Shown here one piece after another: positions 38,545 through 46,378 of a DNA stretch of 53,923 nt. A program made the translations under genes and the position numbers. Origin of the DNA: a virus (lineage: Duplodnaviria > Caudoviricetes); IMG/VR virus record IMGVR_UViG_3300009108_000013, positions 1-53,923 of that record; one strand, written 5' to 3'. The notes below the pieces were generated by a model. It worked only from the letters and a program-made list of their open reading frames with translations, searched no databases and was not told where the DNA came from. Within the stretch, counting starts at the first letter, position 1. Each line of letters begins with the position of its first letter.

Positions 38545-38675
38545 AAAAAAAGCCCCCACCTGTCGGGATAACCCATTGGTGGAGACTTTTTGCTGCGGGC
38601 CGGTCGGTCATTTCTTTGTGCTGCCCGTGCGGGGTTTCGCGTCCCCGGCGGTCTTTCCGCTGCTTTCACTCAACA
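38545..38675 (-). ncRNA. ~130-nt ncRNA candidate
   Basis: Between the promoter at 38681-38709 and a hairpin + U8 terminator; no ORF fits. Confidence 0.45.
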
Positions 38676-38680
38676 CAATA

Positions 38681-38749
38681 AGTATACCACACCCTTACGA
38701 CAATGTCAAGTCGGGCCGATTTGCTATTGTCCTAGCCCTGTGCTATACT
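38681..38749. promoter_or_regulatory. Back-to-back promoter cassette 8
   Basis: TTGACA-17-TATACT (-) and TTGCTA-17-TATACT (+). Confidence 0.82.
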
Positions 38750-38798
38750 TGTGGTTAGTGGGAGGGGGCCGCCTCCCACACGACGGCAAGGAGCCATC

Positions 38799-38903
38799 AT
38801 GGACGACTTCTACGAGGATTACCCGGAGGACTTCTACGCGGAGCATCCCGAACAATGGGATCTCTTCGGAGAGGGCTACGAGGATCCGGCAGATCCGGCC
38901 TAG
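38799..38903 (+). CDS. 34-aa acidic peptide
   Basis: AAGGAG SD; MDDFYEDYPEDFYAEHPEQWDLFGEGYEDPADPA. Confidence 0.7.
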   Translation: MDDFYEDYPEDFYAEHPEQWDLFGEGYEDPADPA

Positions 38904-39213
38904 TGGTCAGCCCCCCGCTTCGGTGGGGGGCTTTCTCGCGCCCTCGGGGCTTGCGGGGACGGAGGATAGATGATCTTGGTGCCTTCGGGGAGAATCCCGA
39001 TCAAAGAACGAAGGCAATGACGAATCTCGCCCTCGGAATCAACCCATTCTACCCAATAAATAGGATTAGTCAAGTTTTCGTAGTTTGATTCCGGGCGGTA
39101 CTTCTCTCGGGCCATGTCTTATTCTATCTCATCCGCCGCAGCCCCGCAAGTGGATGACAGTTTCGGGACTGATTGGGGACGCGAAGAAACCCCCACCGGA
39201 GTGGGGGCTGCTT

Positions 39214-39369
39214 CTAGTAGTTTAGCGTCGGTTCATCCAACGCTTCCCATGCTTCGTCGTTCCACTCGCCCTCGCCCCTAGCCCAACGATGGAGTTCTTC
39301 CATCTGGGCCTGAAACTCGGCAAGCGTGCCTTTATGTTCGACAAGCATGAGATCATGTTCGATCTTCAT
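39214..39369 (-). CDS. 51-aa acidic protein
   Basis: AAGGAG SD; terminator follows. Confidence 0.7.
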   Translation of the reverse strand: MKIEHDLMLVEHKGTLAEFQAQMEELHRWARGEGEWNDEAWEALDEPTLNY

Positions 39370-39457
39370 TGCTTCTCCTTCGTTCGTTCCCCGCTGGGGC
39401 CGTAGCCGCGGCGGGGGCGCTTTACGGGCATCTGCGCCATCCCTTCTTGATAGAATA

Positions 39458-39526
39458 AGTATAGCATACCCGTGAGACAATGTCAAGTCAGTCGGATTTG
39501 ACAATGTCATCCTAGTGTGCTATACT
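39458..39526. promoter_or_regulatory. Back-to-back promoter cassette 9
   Basis: TTGACA-17-TATACT on both strands. Confidence 0.88.
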
Positions 39527-39582
39527 TACTTCATGGAGGGAAACCCCTTCATTGACAACTAAATAGCCTTAGGAGGCAATCC

Positions 39583-39720
39583 ATGACAGTCATAAACTGG
39601 ATGGACCTCGTAGACTGGGAAGCCCCAGTGGACGAGGACGATCTCTGGGAGGCAATCGCTGAAGCGAACGGCGTCGAATACGACGAAATCGCTGACGGTG
39701 ATCTCCTAGAGTTCATCTAA
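39583..39720 (+). CDS. 45-aa acidic peptide
   Basis: AGGAGG SD; MTVINWMDLVDWEAPVDEDDLWEAIAEANG... Confidence 0.75.
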   Translation: MTVINWMDLVDWEAPVDEDDLWEAIAEANGVEYDEIADGDLLEFI

Positions 39721-39796
39721 TCTCAAGAGGGAACCCCGGCCAATCGGTCGGGGTTTCTTCGCGTCTAGGGTTCCGCCCCCCGTTTAGTCCCGATGG

Positions 39797-39812
39797 TCGA
39801 ACGAATGTTCGG
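39797..39812. promoter_or_regulatory. LexA-like box
   Basis: TCGAAC-GAAT-GTTCGG. Confidence 0.55.
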
Positions 39813-39900
39813 GGCTTAGTGACGCCTGCCATAGAACAAGTGAACCGATTCACAAGTTCATCCGGTAGAATAAAGGCTGACCGACAAGCAAGAAAGAATA

Positions 39901-40050
39901 ATGAAAACTCTATTCAATAAAGTAAAGCATCTTCTAAAGCCAAGAACTAACCATTATTACTATCATAATCAAGTTATGACTGATGAACTGGAACGGGAAC
40001 TCATGAAGGCATATGCCGGGACTGGTTACCGCCGGGGCCGACGCCTTTAG
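39901..40050 (+). CDS. Possible 49-aa protein
   Basis: AT-rich ORF after a TAGAAT -10-like element; weak SD. Confidence 0.35.
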   Translation: MKTLFNKVKHLLKPRTNHYYYHNQVMTDELERELMKAYAGTGYRRGRRL

Positions 40051-40099
40051 TCCAACTTCGGACGCGGAAAAGCCCCCGACCGAAGCCGGGGGCCAATCC

Positions 40100-40273
40100 T
40101 CAATCCTTGGGGCAGGCGCATCCTGCAATGTTTGTGTACCACCCCCCGGCCACCATCTCATCGAATGTGTCGATGTGGCCGTAATCGCTACATTCGTCAC
40201 ATTGGACTAGGCCGGTGAATCCGGTCCCTACTGGTCGCCCGTTACGGCTACGGAGGTCGGTTGTGATTCCCAT
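40100..40273 (-). CDS. 57-aa Cys-containing protein
   Basis: AAGGAG SD; CDEC...CACP; terminator follows. Confidence 0.7.
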   Translation of the reverse strand: MGITTDLRSRNGRPVGTGFTGLVQCDECSDYGHIDTFDEMVAGGWYTNIAGCACPKD

Positions 40274-40331
40274 TGGGATTCTCCTTCTATTTAGTTGTCA
40301 ACTAAGCGGGGTACTTTCTCCCACTACAAGT

Positions 40332-40401
40332 ATTATAGCATAGTCACTAGCCCCTGTCAAGTCGAATCAGACTTGACATTGCCTCACCCTTGTGCTATAC
40401 T
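40332..40401. promoter_or_regulatory. Back-to-back promoter cassette 10
   Basis: TTGACA-17-TATAAT (-) and TTGACA-17-TATACT (+). Confidence 0.85.
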
Positions 40402-40412
40402 TAGTATTACGA

Positions 40413-40527
40413 GGTCGGCCAAAGATGAGGCACGGTGTCCTTGGGTAATGTAACTGCACGGCGTGGCGTATTACAGCGTGAAACCGTGTTGCCCAAGTAT
40501 TGCAGGGTTCGACTCCCTGTCCGATCA
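40413..40527 (+). ncRNA. tRNA-like RNA with expanded anticodon domain
   Basis: GGUCGG/CCGAUC acceptor, CAGGG-UUCGACU-CCCUG T-arm, CUUGGGUAA/UUGCCCAAG stem enclosing ~40 nt. Confidence 0.65.
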
Positions 40528-40676
40528 CTAACGAGTGAAGAACGCCCCCGCTTCGGCGGGGGTTTTCTCGCGTCTACACCCCTTTAGACACCGCAAGCCC
40601 CGCCAACCCGACCGAAACTCGGGACTATTCGACTCCGCACGCGAAAAAGCCCCCCGATGTGGGGGGCTAGATCGGA

Positions 40677-40937
40677 TCACCAAGCCATTCCGGCTCGTTC
40701 TGCCCAAGCCTCTTCGGCTTCTTCGGCTGCCTGCATCGGAGAACCGTATTCCCAATGATGATGACCCGCTTCGCAAGTCCAACCATCGGAACCGTTCTCA
40801 TGAACCGCCGTTCGTGGTGCGCCGCATTCCACCTCGTCGTAAAGATCAGACGGGAAGTCGATTTCACGGGTGGTGTTGCGAACCAGAACCAGCCATGTGC
40901 AGGGGTTTCCGTCAAGAAACGCACCTTTGTAAAGCAT
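40677..40937 (-). CDS. Hypothetical protein with Cys/His motif
   Basis: AAGGA SD; ECG...WTCEAGH. Confidence 0.7.
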   Translation of the reverse strand: MLYKGAFLDGNPCTWLVLVRNTTREIDFPSDLYDEVECGAPRTAVHENGSDGWTCEAGHHHWEYGSPMQAAEEAEEAWAERAGMAW

Positions 40938-41015
40938 GATTGTTCCTTCTATTCTGTTGTCAAGTGGAGGGTTCTCCCCCACGAACCAATAGTCTATCAT
41001 TCGGGTGTGACAAAG

Positions 41016-41225
41016 TCAAGTCCGATCCAAGTCATCCTTGCCGAACAAGTTCTCACACCAAATCGGCGGGAACACATGCTGATCCTCCATCACAGAGATG
41101 AAGTAGTCCCGTGGATCTTCGCCGTCGTCTGAGATTGCTTCGATCCACTCACGAATCTGGATTCTGGTAAGAAGATCCTCTTCCTCAAAGAAGATAACGT
41201 CCACATTGCTTTGGCTGTGCGTCAT
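41016..41225 (-). CDS. Acidic hypothetical protein
   Basis: ATGA overlap with the upstream gene. Confidence 0.6.
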   Translation of the reverse strand: MTHSQSNVDVIFFEEEDLLTRIQIREWIEAISDDGEDPRDYFISVMEDQHVFPPIWCENLFGKDDLDRT

Positions 41226-41701
41226 GCCGGGGCTTTCGCGCATTCCAAGCAGGCGCCGGGTGCGGTCATCCACTTGCCGGGTTGACGGGCACCCATCATC
41301 GAATACATTTCCTTTCGACGCAGGGCTTTGCCCTCAAAGCCTCGCCCGCAGTCCAAGCAAAGTCCCCACCAAGGCTTCCGTCCCATAAACCAGACGTAAA
41401 CGGGGGAGTTCATCAGCCACAAGTTCCTCCAAGATGGACGCTTGCCCTTCTTCTTGGAACGCACGCTCTTCTCCATACACTCCTGAAGCCATGTGGCAAC
41501 CTGATCCCTGCTGATTCCCTTCGCTCCACGACCGTACCCGTATTCGGGGTTGTACAGTTCGTGATCTTTGTCGTGAAAGTCGATCATCATCTTGGTGTGG
41601 AGATCGTTGACAAAGGCGAGTTGGCCCCGCACTGTGCGCGGGAGTTTCATGGGTTTAGTCCACAGGTGTTCACCTGTCTGATAGTTCTTAATGAATCTCA
41701 T
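41222..41701 (-). CDS. Zn-finger-containing protein
   Basis: CLDC...CLEC; GAGG SD. Confidence 0.7.
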   Translation of the reverse strand: MRFIKNYQTGEHLWTKPMKLPRTVRGQLAFVNDLHTKMMIDFHDKDHELYNPEYGYGRGAKGISRDQVATWLQECMEKSVRSKKKGKRPSWRNLWLMNSPVYVWFMGRKPWWGLCLDCGRGFEGKALRRKEMYSMMGARQPGKWMTAPGACLECAKAPA

Positions 41702-41783
41702 AGTTTCCTCTCCATGTTCTTTACAAGGAGGCTTAGGTCTAGGAATGTAAAGAAGGGGTGGGGATTTCTCCCCACCCTCTCCT

Positions 41784-42302
41784 TTAGACGTTCTTCATCG
41801 TGATGACGGGCCGTCCACAGCCATGCTCATCGTCCTCAAAGTCAATGAGTTCGACCTGACTACCGTAACCCTCGTCCCAACCATCTTCGGTGGGAACGGG
41901 GAGAAAGGTAAAGGACGACCGCTCCATGTTCATCAGAATCGCTGCCACTCGTCCATTTCCATCCTCAAACGGATGAATCTTTAGAAACTCCAGAACGAAT
42001 GCCTGACGATCCGTGTCCCACAAGTCTGAATCACAAAGTTGATCCATCAGTCGTGGAATCTGATCGGCTTTCGCTCCGGTGTTTCCGTTTAGGAACGTGA
42101 CCGGTGTGGTCCGATAGGTTGCGATCCGAACCGAATCGCGAACCCTTGCGTTTAGACACTTGATGGTTTTCTGTAACGGATACGGCGTGGCATGGGCAAA
42201 GTCCCATGCGGTGAGGAAGCCGGGGACAGATAGGGCACTATCGCCCTGCTTGTCCACTTCCTCGCACGCCCATTTGATTAGGTTAGCGTTGTAGTTGTTC
42301 AT
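41784..42302 (-). CDS. fic: Fic-domain protein, leaderless
   Basis: HPFEDGNGR motif; ATG about 7 nt from the TATACT -10. Confidence 0.9.
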   Translation of the reverse strand: MNNYNANLIKWACEEVDKQGDSALSVPGFLTAWDFAHATPYPLQKTIKCLNARVRDSVRIATYRTTPVTFLNGNTGAKADQIPRLMDQLCDSDLWDTDRQAFVLEFLKIHPFEDGNGRVAAILMNMERSSFTFLPVPTEDGWDEGYGSQVELIDFEDDEHGCGRPVITMKNV

Positions 42303-42323
42303 GCGTATTAGTATAGCATCTTT

Positions 42324-42629
42324 CTAGTCGTTTGTCAAGTCAGCCACATGACTCAAGTCAATGGCCCTCAAACGCAGGATGTTGTTACGTTCAGCCGGTG
42401 TAGCCCCGCCCCAAACGCCAAACTCTTCCTTCTGGCGCAAGGCGTAATCCAAGCATTCCTTCTGAACTGGGCAACTCCGACAGATTGCTTTCGCAATCGG
42501 AATGTTGGATGACTTCCCAACATCAACGAAGAATACTTCAGTTGGATGGCCCGCACATGCTGCGTCGTCGGCCCATGCTGTTTCTTCAAAGTCTCGTTCT
42601 TCACCGATGTGTCTTTGTCTAGGTTCCAT
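42324..42629 (-). CDS. whiB: WhiB-family transcription factor (second copy)
   Basis: AAC...AKAICRSCPVQKEC...GVWGG. Confidence 0.92.
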   Translation of the reverse strand: MEPRQRHIGEERDFEETAWADDAACAGHPTEVFFVDVGKSSNIPIAKAICRSCPVQKECLDYALRQKEEFGVWGGATPAERNNILRLRAIDLSHVADLTND

Positions 42630-42662
42630 CGTTCTCTCTCTTTCGGGGCTTATGGGGTAGGG

Positions 42663-42794
42663 GGAGGCAGGAGGGTGCCACCTAACTAGATACGTCTAGT
42701 GATTTCGACCCACTACAGGCACGGCTGGGCTAAGCACCCGCAGTACCGCTTTTGGCCGTACCGTTATTCGGTGTGCGTACACCCTCCTACTTCC
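42663..42794 (-). ncRNA. Structured RNA / 5' leader upstream of whiB
   Basis: GGAAGUAGGAGGGUG pairs with CACCCUCCUGCCUCC (14/15); internal hairpins; promoter at 42803-42831. Confidence 0.6.
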
Positions 42795-42813
42795 TTAGTT
42801 CTAGTATAGCAGA

Positions 42814-43743
42814 TCAGCCAGTCAATGTCAAGTCAGGGTTACCGACCGACGTATCACCATTTGCAGCCAGAATCGTGTTCAGATGCGCGTGGGCCAACGA
42901 GTTCCGGCTGTAACCGGACATGACGTAGCCACCCGCCAGCACGAATGCCGTCGGGATGCCCAAGCCCCGCAGGTGATTGAACACAATCTGCTCACGTTCT
43001 GCCAACGTGTCGAAGCCGATCCAAGGAAACGGGTCAACTCCTGCATTATACAACACCAAGCCGCAGTTGTCAAAGTTGACACGATTCAGCAAGTCTGTTA
43101 TAGTAGACAGGTATTCCTCTTTGTCGTTGACGATGATGAGTTCATCGGGACTCGTCGGCCTGTAGGTGTCGAACGCTTGGGTTGAAACGTCGTACTGTTC
43201 CACCCAGTCCATCCCAAACTCGTTCATGAACTGCATCGTTCCCCCGCCGCAATGCGCGTCGAAGTCAAGGATAAACACCTTCTTCTTCAAGCCAAGGTAA
43301 TGGCGAGCAAAGTAGGCAGCAATCGCAAGTCCGTTGACCGTGCAGAATCCCTCGCCCGCATACGGGGTTGCGTGATGCAGTCCCGAAGAAAGGCTTCCGT
43401 GGATTCTGTGATTGAGTCCGCCAGCGAGGGCGTCGTCGGTTGCACTCAGAACTCCCGCCGTGGAATGCACGGCCATGTTCCAGATGCCTTCGTCCCACGA
43501 AAATCCGTTGGATTCAGCAAGATTCCGTGGTTCGCCAGTCGCCAACGCGTGGGCGTATTCGGAATCAAGCATCGAAAGGATCAAACTTTCGGCCCGTGCC
43601 AACGATTGTGCTGTCGGTTCGGCCAGTTCGATGTCAACCCAGCAATCTTTATTGATGAGTTTGGCGATATCTGCCGACTTACGGGTGGTATCGAAGTCCG
43701 CACCAGTCCCGACATAGGCGTCATCGTAGTAAATAGTAGTCAT
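42814..43743 (-). CDS. Histone deacetylase-family (Zn-dependent) deacylase
   Basis: GLHHA, GFCTVN, DFDAHCGGGT, NAGVD, AGGY. Confidence 0.9.
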   Translation of the reverse strand: MTTIYYDDAYVGTGADFDTTRKSADIAKLINKDCWVDIELAEPTAQSLARAESLILSMLDSEYAHALATGEPRNLAESNGFSWDEGIWNMAVHSTAGVLSATDDALAGGLNHRIHGSLSSGLHHATPYAGEGFCTVNGLAIAAYFARHYLGLKKKVFILDFDAHCGGGTMQFMNEFGMDWVEQYDVSTQAFDTYRPTSPDELIIVNDKEEYLSTITDLLNRVNFDNCGLVLYNAGVDPFPWIGFDTLAEREQIVFNHLRGLGIPTAFVLAGGYVMSGYSRNSLAHAHLNTILAANGDTSVGNPDLTLTG

Positions 43744-43884
43744 AAGTTATTCCTCCTGTGTATTAGTATAGCACAAAGCAAGTCGTTTGTCAAGTCCGGG
43801 GCTTACCGTGTGGTTAGAAATCATTACAGTTGCGTGTATCGCTCCCCTCGCCGTGTTGTTTGTGCTGACTTGGTGGGACAACAA

Positions 43885-44057
43885 ATAAAGAAGCCCCCGC
43901 ACGGGACCAGAGGTCATAGGCGGGGGCTTCTCTCCTGCATCAACCAATGCACTTGGACTTACCGATGCAGAAACTGCGTAACTCGTCCGTTTTTCCTTTC
44001 ATAACGGGTGGCCTTCACCAGATACGGACAAACTCATCCGGTCATCCCGATTGCAAT
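43885..44057 (-). ncRNA. ~170-nt ncRNA candidate
   Basis: Promoter at 44064-44092, three stem domains, terminal AAGCCCCCGC/GCGGGGGCUU hairpin. Confidence 0.5.
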
Positions 44058-44093
44058 ACTATAAGTATAGCACACGGTTTACGACTTGTCAAG

Positions 44094-44549
44094 TTAGTCC
44101 TTCTTCGTGGTGCCTTTGCGTCCGATCACGAACTCATCGGCAGGAACAACCTTGGTAGTCCCGAGTTCGTTGACAAAGATGCGAACCTTGTTGTTCTCGT
44201 AGCATTCGACAACGTAACCTTCGGAACGGGCAGTCCCCTTCTTCGCTTTGAGTTGCACGAAAACGTTGGTGCCCTTCTTTAGAATACGCCCGCCTTCGCG
44301 TCGGATCTCGTCAATCGGATCGCCGGGGTCGTCAAGACGGGACTGCTCCAGACGCTTTGCACAAATGGCAAGGTTGTAGGCAATGCCGTCCCTCATGGAA
44401 AGGCGCTCGCCCTTCACGACGAATGCCATACCGTTCGCTATCGAACGAGCCGTGGTGCAATACCCGCATCGGGCCATGCCGAACTTGGTTTTCCGTTCGC
44501 ACGGGGAGTTCAAAAGTTGGGGAAATTCTTTTAGTATTGAAGTGTCCAT
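44094..44549 (-). CDS. Hypothetical protein with SH3-like C-terminus, leaderless
   Basis: 151 aa; ATG about 7 nt from the -10. Confidence 0.7.
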   Translation of the reverse strand: MDTSILKEFPQLLNSPCERKTKFGMARCGYCTTARSIANGMAFVVKGERLSMRDGIAYNLAICAKRLEQSRLDDPGDPIDEIRREGGRILKKGTNVFVQLKAKKGTARSEGYVVECYENNKVRIFVNELGTTKVVPADEFVIGRKGTTKKD

Positions 44550-44591
44550 GACTGTAGTATAGCAGATTGGAACTGACTTGTCAAGTCCCGG

Positions 44592-44798
44592 TCAGAAGAG
44601 GGTCGGTCCCTCACCTTGGGGGTTCTTCGACTTCTTTGCTTCGATGTCGATGCAAGTAACGTGCGCCCAACCGTCCCATTCTTGGACGAGTTTCATCCCC
44701 GACTTCTTGCCCGGTTTGATCCAGCACAGCACACGCTTCATTGCTGAATAACGAGAATCAAGTTCTTCGCTGCAAAACTCGCAGATTACTTTAGCCAT
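44592..44798 (-). CDS. Small Zn-binding protein
   Basis: CEFC...HVTC. Confidence 0.7.
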   Translation of the reverse strand: MAKVICEFCSEELDSRYSAMKRVLCWIKPGKKSGMKLVQEWDGWAHVTCIDIEAKKSKNPQGEGPTLF

Positions 44799-45168
44799 TT
44801 CGGATGTGAGACTTCGCTGCTTCCATGCTTCGATTCAACCACAACGTGATCACCGAAGCCCCGGCAGTCCCGACATGAGTGTCGTAGTCGTCCGTGTTTC
44901 CGACATTGGCTAGTTCTTCTTTCGCTTGACGAATGGCTCGGTCAAGTTCTTGACTCATTCGGTCGCCGTCGAAAGTGACAAGCAGTCGTTTCACATCGCC
45001 CTCTTCTTCCAAGTCGATCACTTCGGGGACGACTTGTTGGTTCACAGCCGGGGCGGGCGCGGCTACGACCATGACTTCGTATTTCTGACCATCGGAGACA
45101 AACTGCGCCTTGGCTAGAATGTCGGGGTCGTCACGATAACCTTGAATCTTGAAGTCCAAGATACTCAC
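44791..45168 (-). CDS. Hypothetical protein
   Basis: GAGG SD, 125 aa. Confidence 0.7.
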   Translation of the reverse strand: MSILDFKIQGYRDDPDILAKAQFVSDGQKYEVMVVAAPAPAVNQQVVPEVIDLEEEGDVKRLLVTFDGDRMSQELDRAIRQAKEELANVGNTDDYDTHVGTAGASVITLWLNRSMEAAKSHIRNG

Positions 45169-45331
45169 CTATCCTCTTGTTGCATAGTGTAACACATCTT
45201 TGCAACGATGTCAAGCCTTCGGCCATCAAGTCATGGTCGCCGGAAAGGAAGGCTTCGGTTGTCGCGTGATACGCGTCGGAGAGGCTGTCAAACAGGGGTT
45301 CGGAGATGTTCGTGGGGATGCGGGTTGACAT
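45131..45331 (-). CDS. Hypothetical protein
   Basis: 66-aa ORF. Confidence 0.55.
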   Translation of the reverse strand: MSTRIPTNISEPLFDSLSDAYHATTEAFLSGDHDLMAEGLTSLQRCVTLCNKRIGEYLGLQDSRLS

Positions 45332-45370
45332 GTGCCAACCCTACACCCCCGACGAACATGGGACCGAAGA

Positions 45371-45637
45371 TCAGGCGACGTTGACAGCGCCGGTATCTTC
45401 GACCTTCTCCTTGTACGCTCGCACGATGATCGTGCGCTCGTCCTTCGTGTGCGTGCGGGCCTTGAGGCCACGACGCTTGGCAGTCCCGTGGACATGCGCC
45501 ACGAAAGTCCGGGGAGCCATCTCAAAGTCAACGCCCTGAGACAGTTCCCAAGTCTTGCCGTTCAAGATGGTGTCCCAATCGTACTTGGACTTACCACCTG
45601 TATTCGTTGGGAACCTGAAGTGTGATACTTCCTGCAT
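45371..45637 (-). CDS. Small basic probable DNA-binding protein
   Basis: SKYDW...G..W.L..G.DF pattern; GAGG SD. Confidence 0.65.
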   Translation of the reverse strand: MQEVSHFRFPTNTGGKSKYDWDTILNGKTWELSQGVDFEMAPRTFVAHVHGTAKRRGLKARTHTKDERTIIVRAYKEKVEDTGAVNVA

Positions 45638-45730
45638 GGTTCTTTCCTCTTCTTGCTTGTGCCGGACCGATACTGGTCCGTGCCTCAGATCTTGAGGCTA
45701 TCGTAGCCGGTTGCGAAACGCAACTATTTG

Positions 45731-46378
45731 CTACAAGTATTCGACCTGCCGGATCTCATGGATCACCTTGTGCAAGTCTATGTCGTTCTCAAAGAAGAAG
45801 CATTCGATAAGGAGATCGCCGTCTTCGTCAGCGTTCTCTGGTTCTACTTTGAAGTATGTTTCCCAAGCACTCTCTGCGTAGAAGCAGGCAGCGATGGGAC
45901 GGTTGTGACGGATCATGGTTAGAGCCTGTGTAGTCCCGTAGCCTTCCATGAGCATCAGGTAGAACACCATTGACGGTGCCCTGTTGATCCCCATGTGGCA
46001 ATGCACCATGACCTTCGCCGTGGGGTTCTCGTCAATGATGGCTTTGTACGCATCCCAGCCCGCATGGAACCATGACGGGGCTTGACTCCCGCCGTCGTCG
46101 TGCGTGCCAAGGTAGACGTATCCCACATCGGGGTACGCCTCTGCTACCAAAGCCTCGTCCGAGTATTCCTCACGAACATCTAGGATGTGCGTGATGCCGT
46201 GGTCCTCTACCCAAGTTCGGAGATGCGGCAACGCACGCTCGCCGTGCGGCAGATCGCCGGATAGGTAGATGTTCGGTGTGATCTGACAGACGGTCCTCCA
46301 CCACTTAGCACCTTCGGTGTTGAGTAGTCCCGAAGGCTCAGGTGGGAAGCATCGTTGTCGTTGTTCTAGGTTGTTCAT
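45731..46378 (-). CDS. Dual-specificity/tyrosine phosphatase
   Basis: VHCHMGINR (HCx5R), GITHILD, general-acid DDG. Confidence 0.88.
   Translation of the reverse strand: MNNLEQRQRCFPPEPSGLLNTEGAKWWRTVCQITPNIYLSGDLPHGERALPHLRTWVEDHGITHILDVREEYSDEALVAEAYPDVGYVYLGTHDDGGSQAPSWFHAGWDAYKAIIDENPTAKVMVHCHMGINRAPSMVFYLMLMEGYGTTQALTMIRHNRPIAACFYAESAWETYFKVEPENADEDGDLLIECFFFENDIDLHKVIHEIRQVEYL

Noticed and set aside
38900-39115. 71-aa minus-strand ORF
   Set aside because: Runs through the convergent terminator hairpin and has no clear promoter or SD; uncertain.
31561-40401. Promoter cassettes as CRISPR repeats or IS ends
   Set aside because: Spacing is irregular and gene-sized, copies are degenerate, and there is no transposase or target duplication.
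40413-40527. Ordinary tRNA gene
   Set aside because: No 7-nt anticodon loop, weak D-arm and a 7-66 mismatch; kept only as a tRNA-like RNA.
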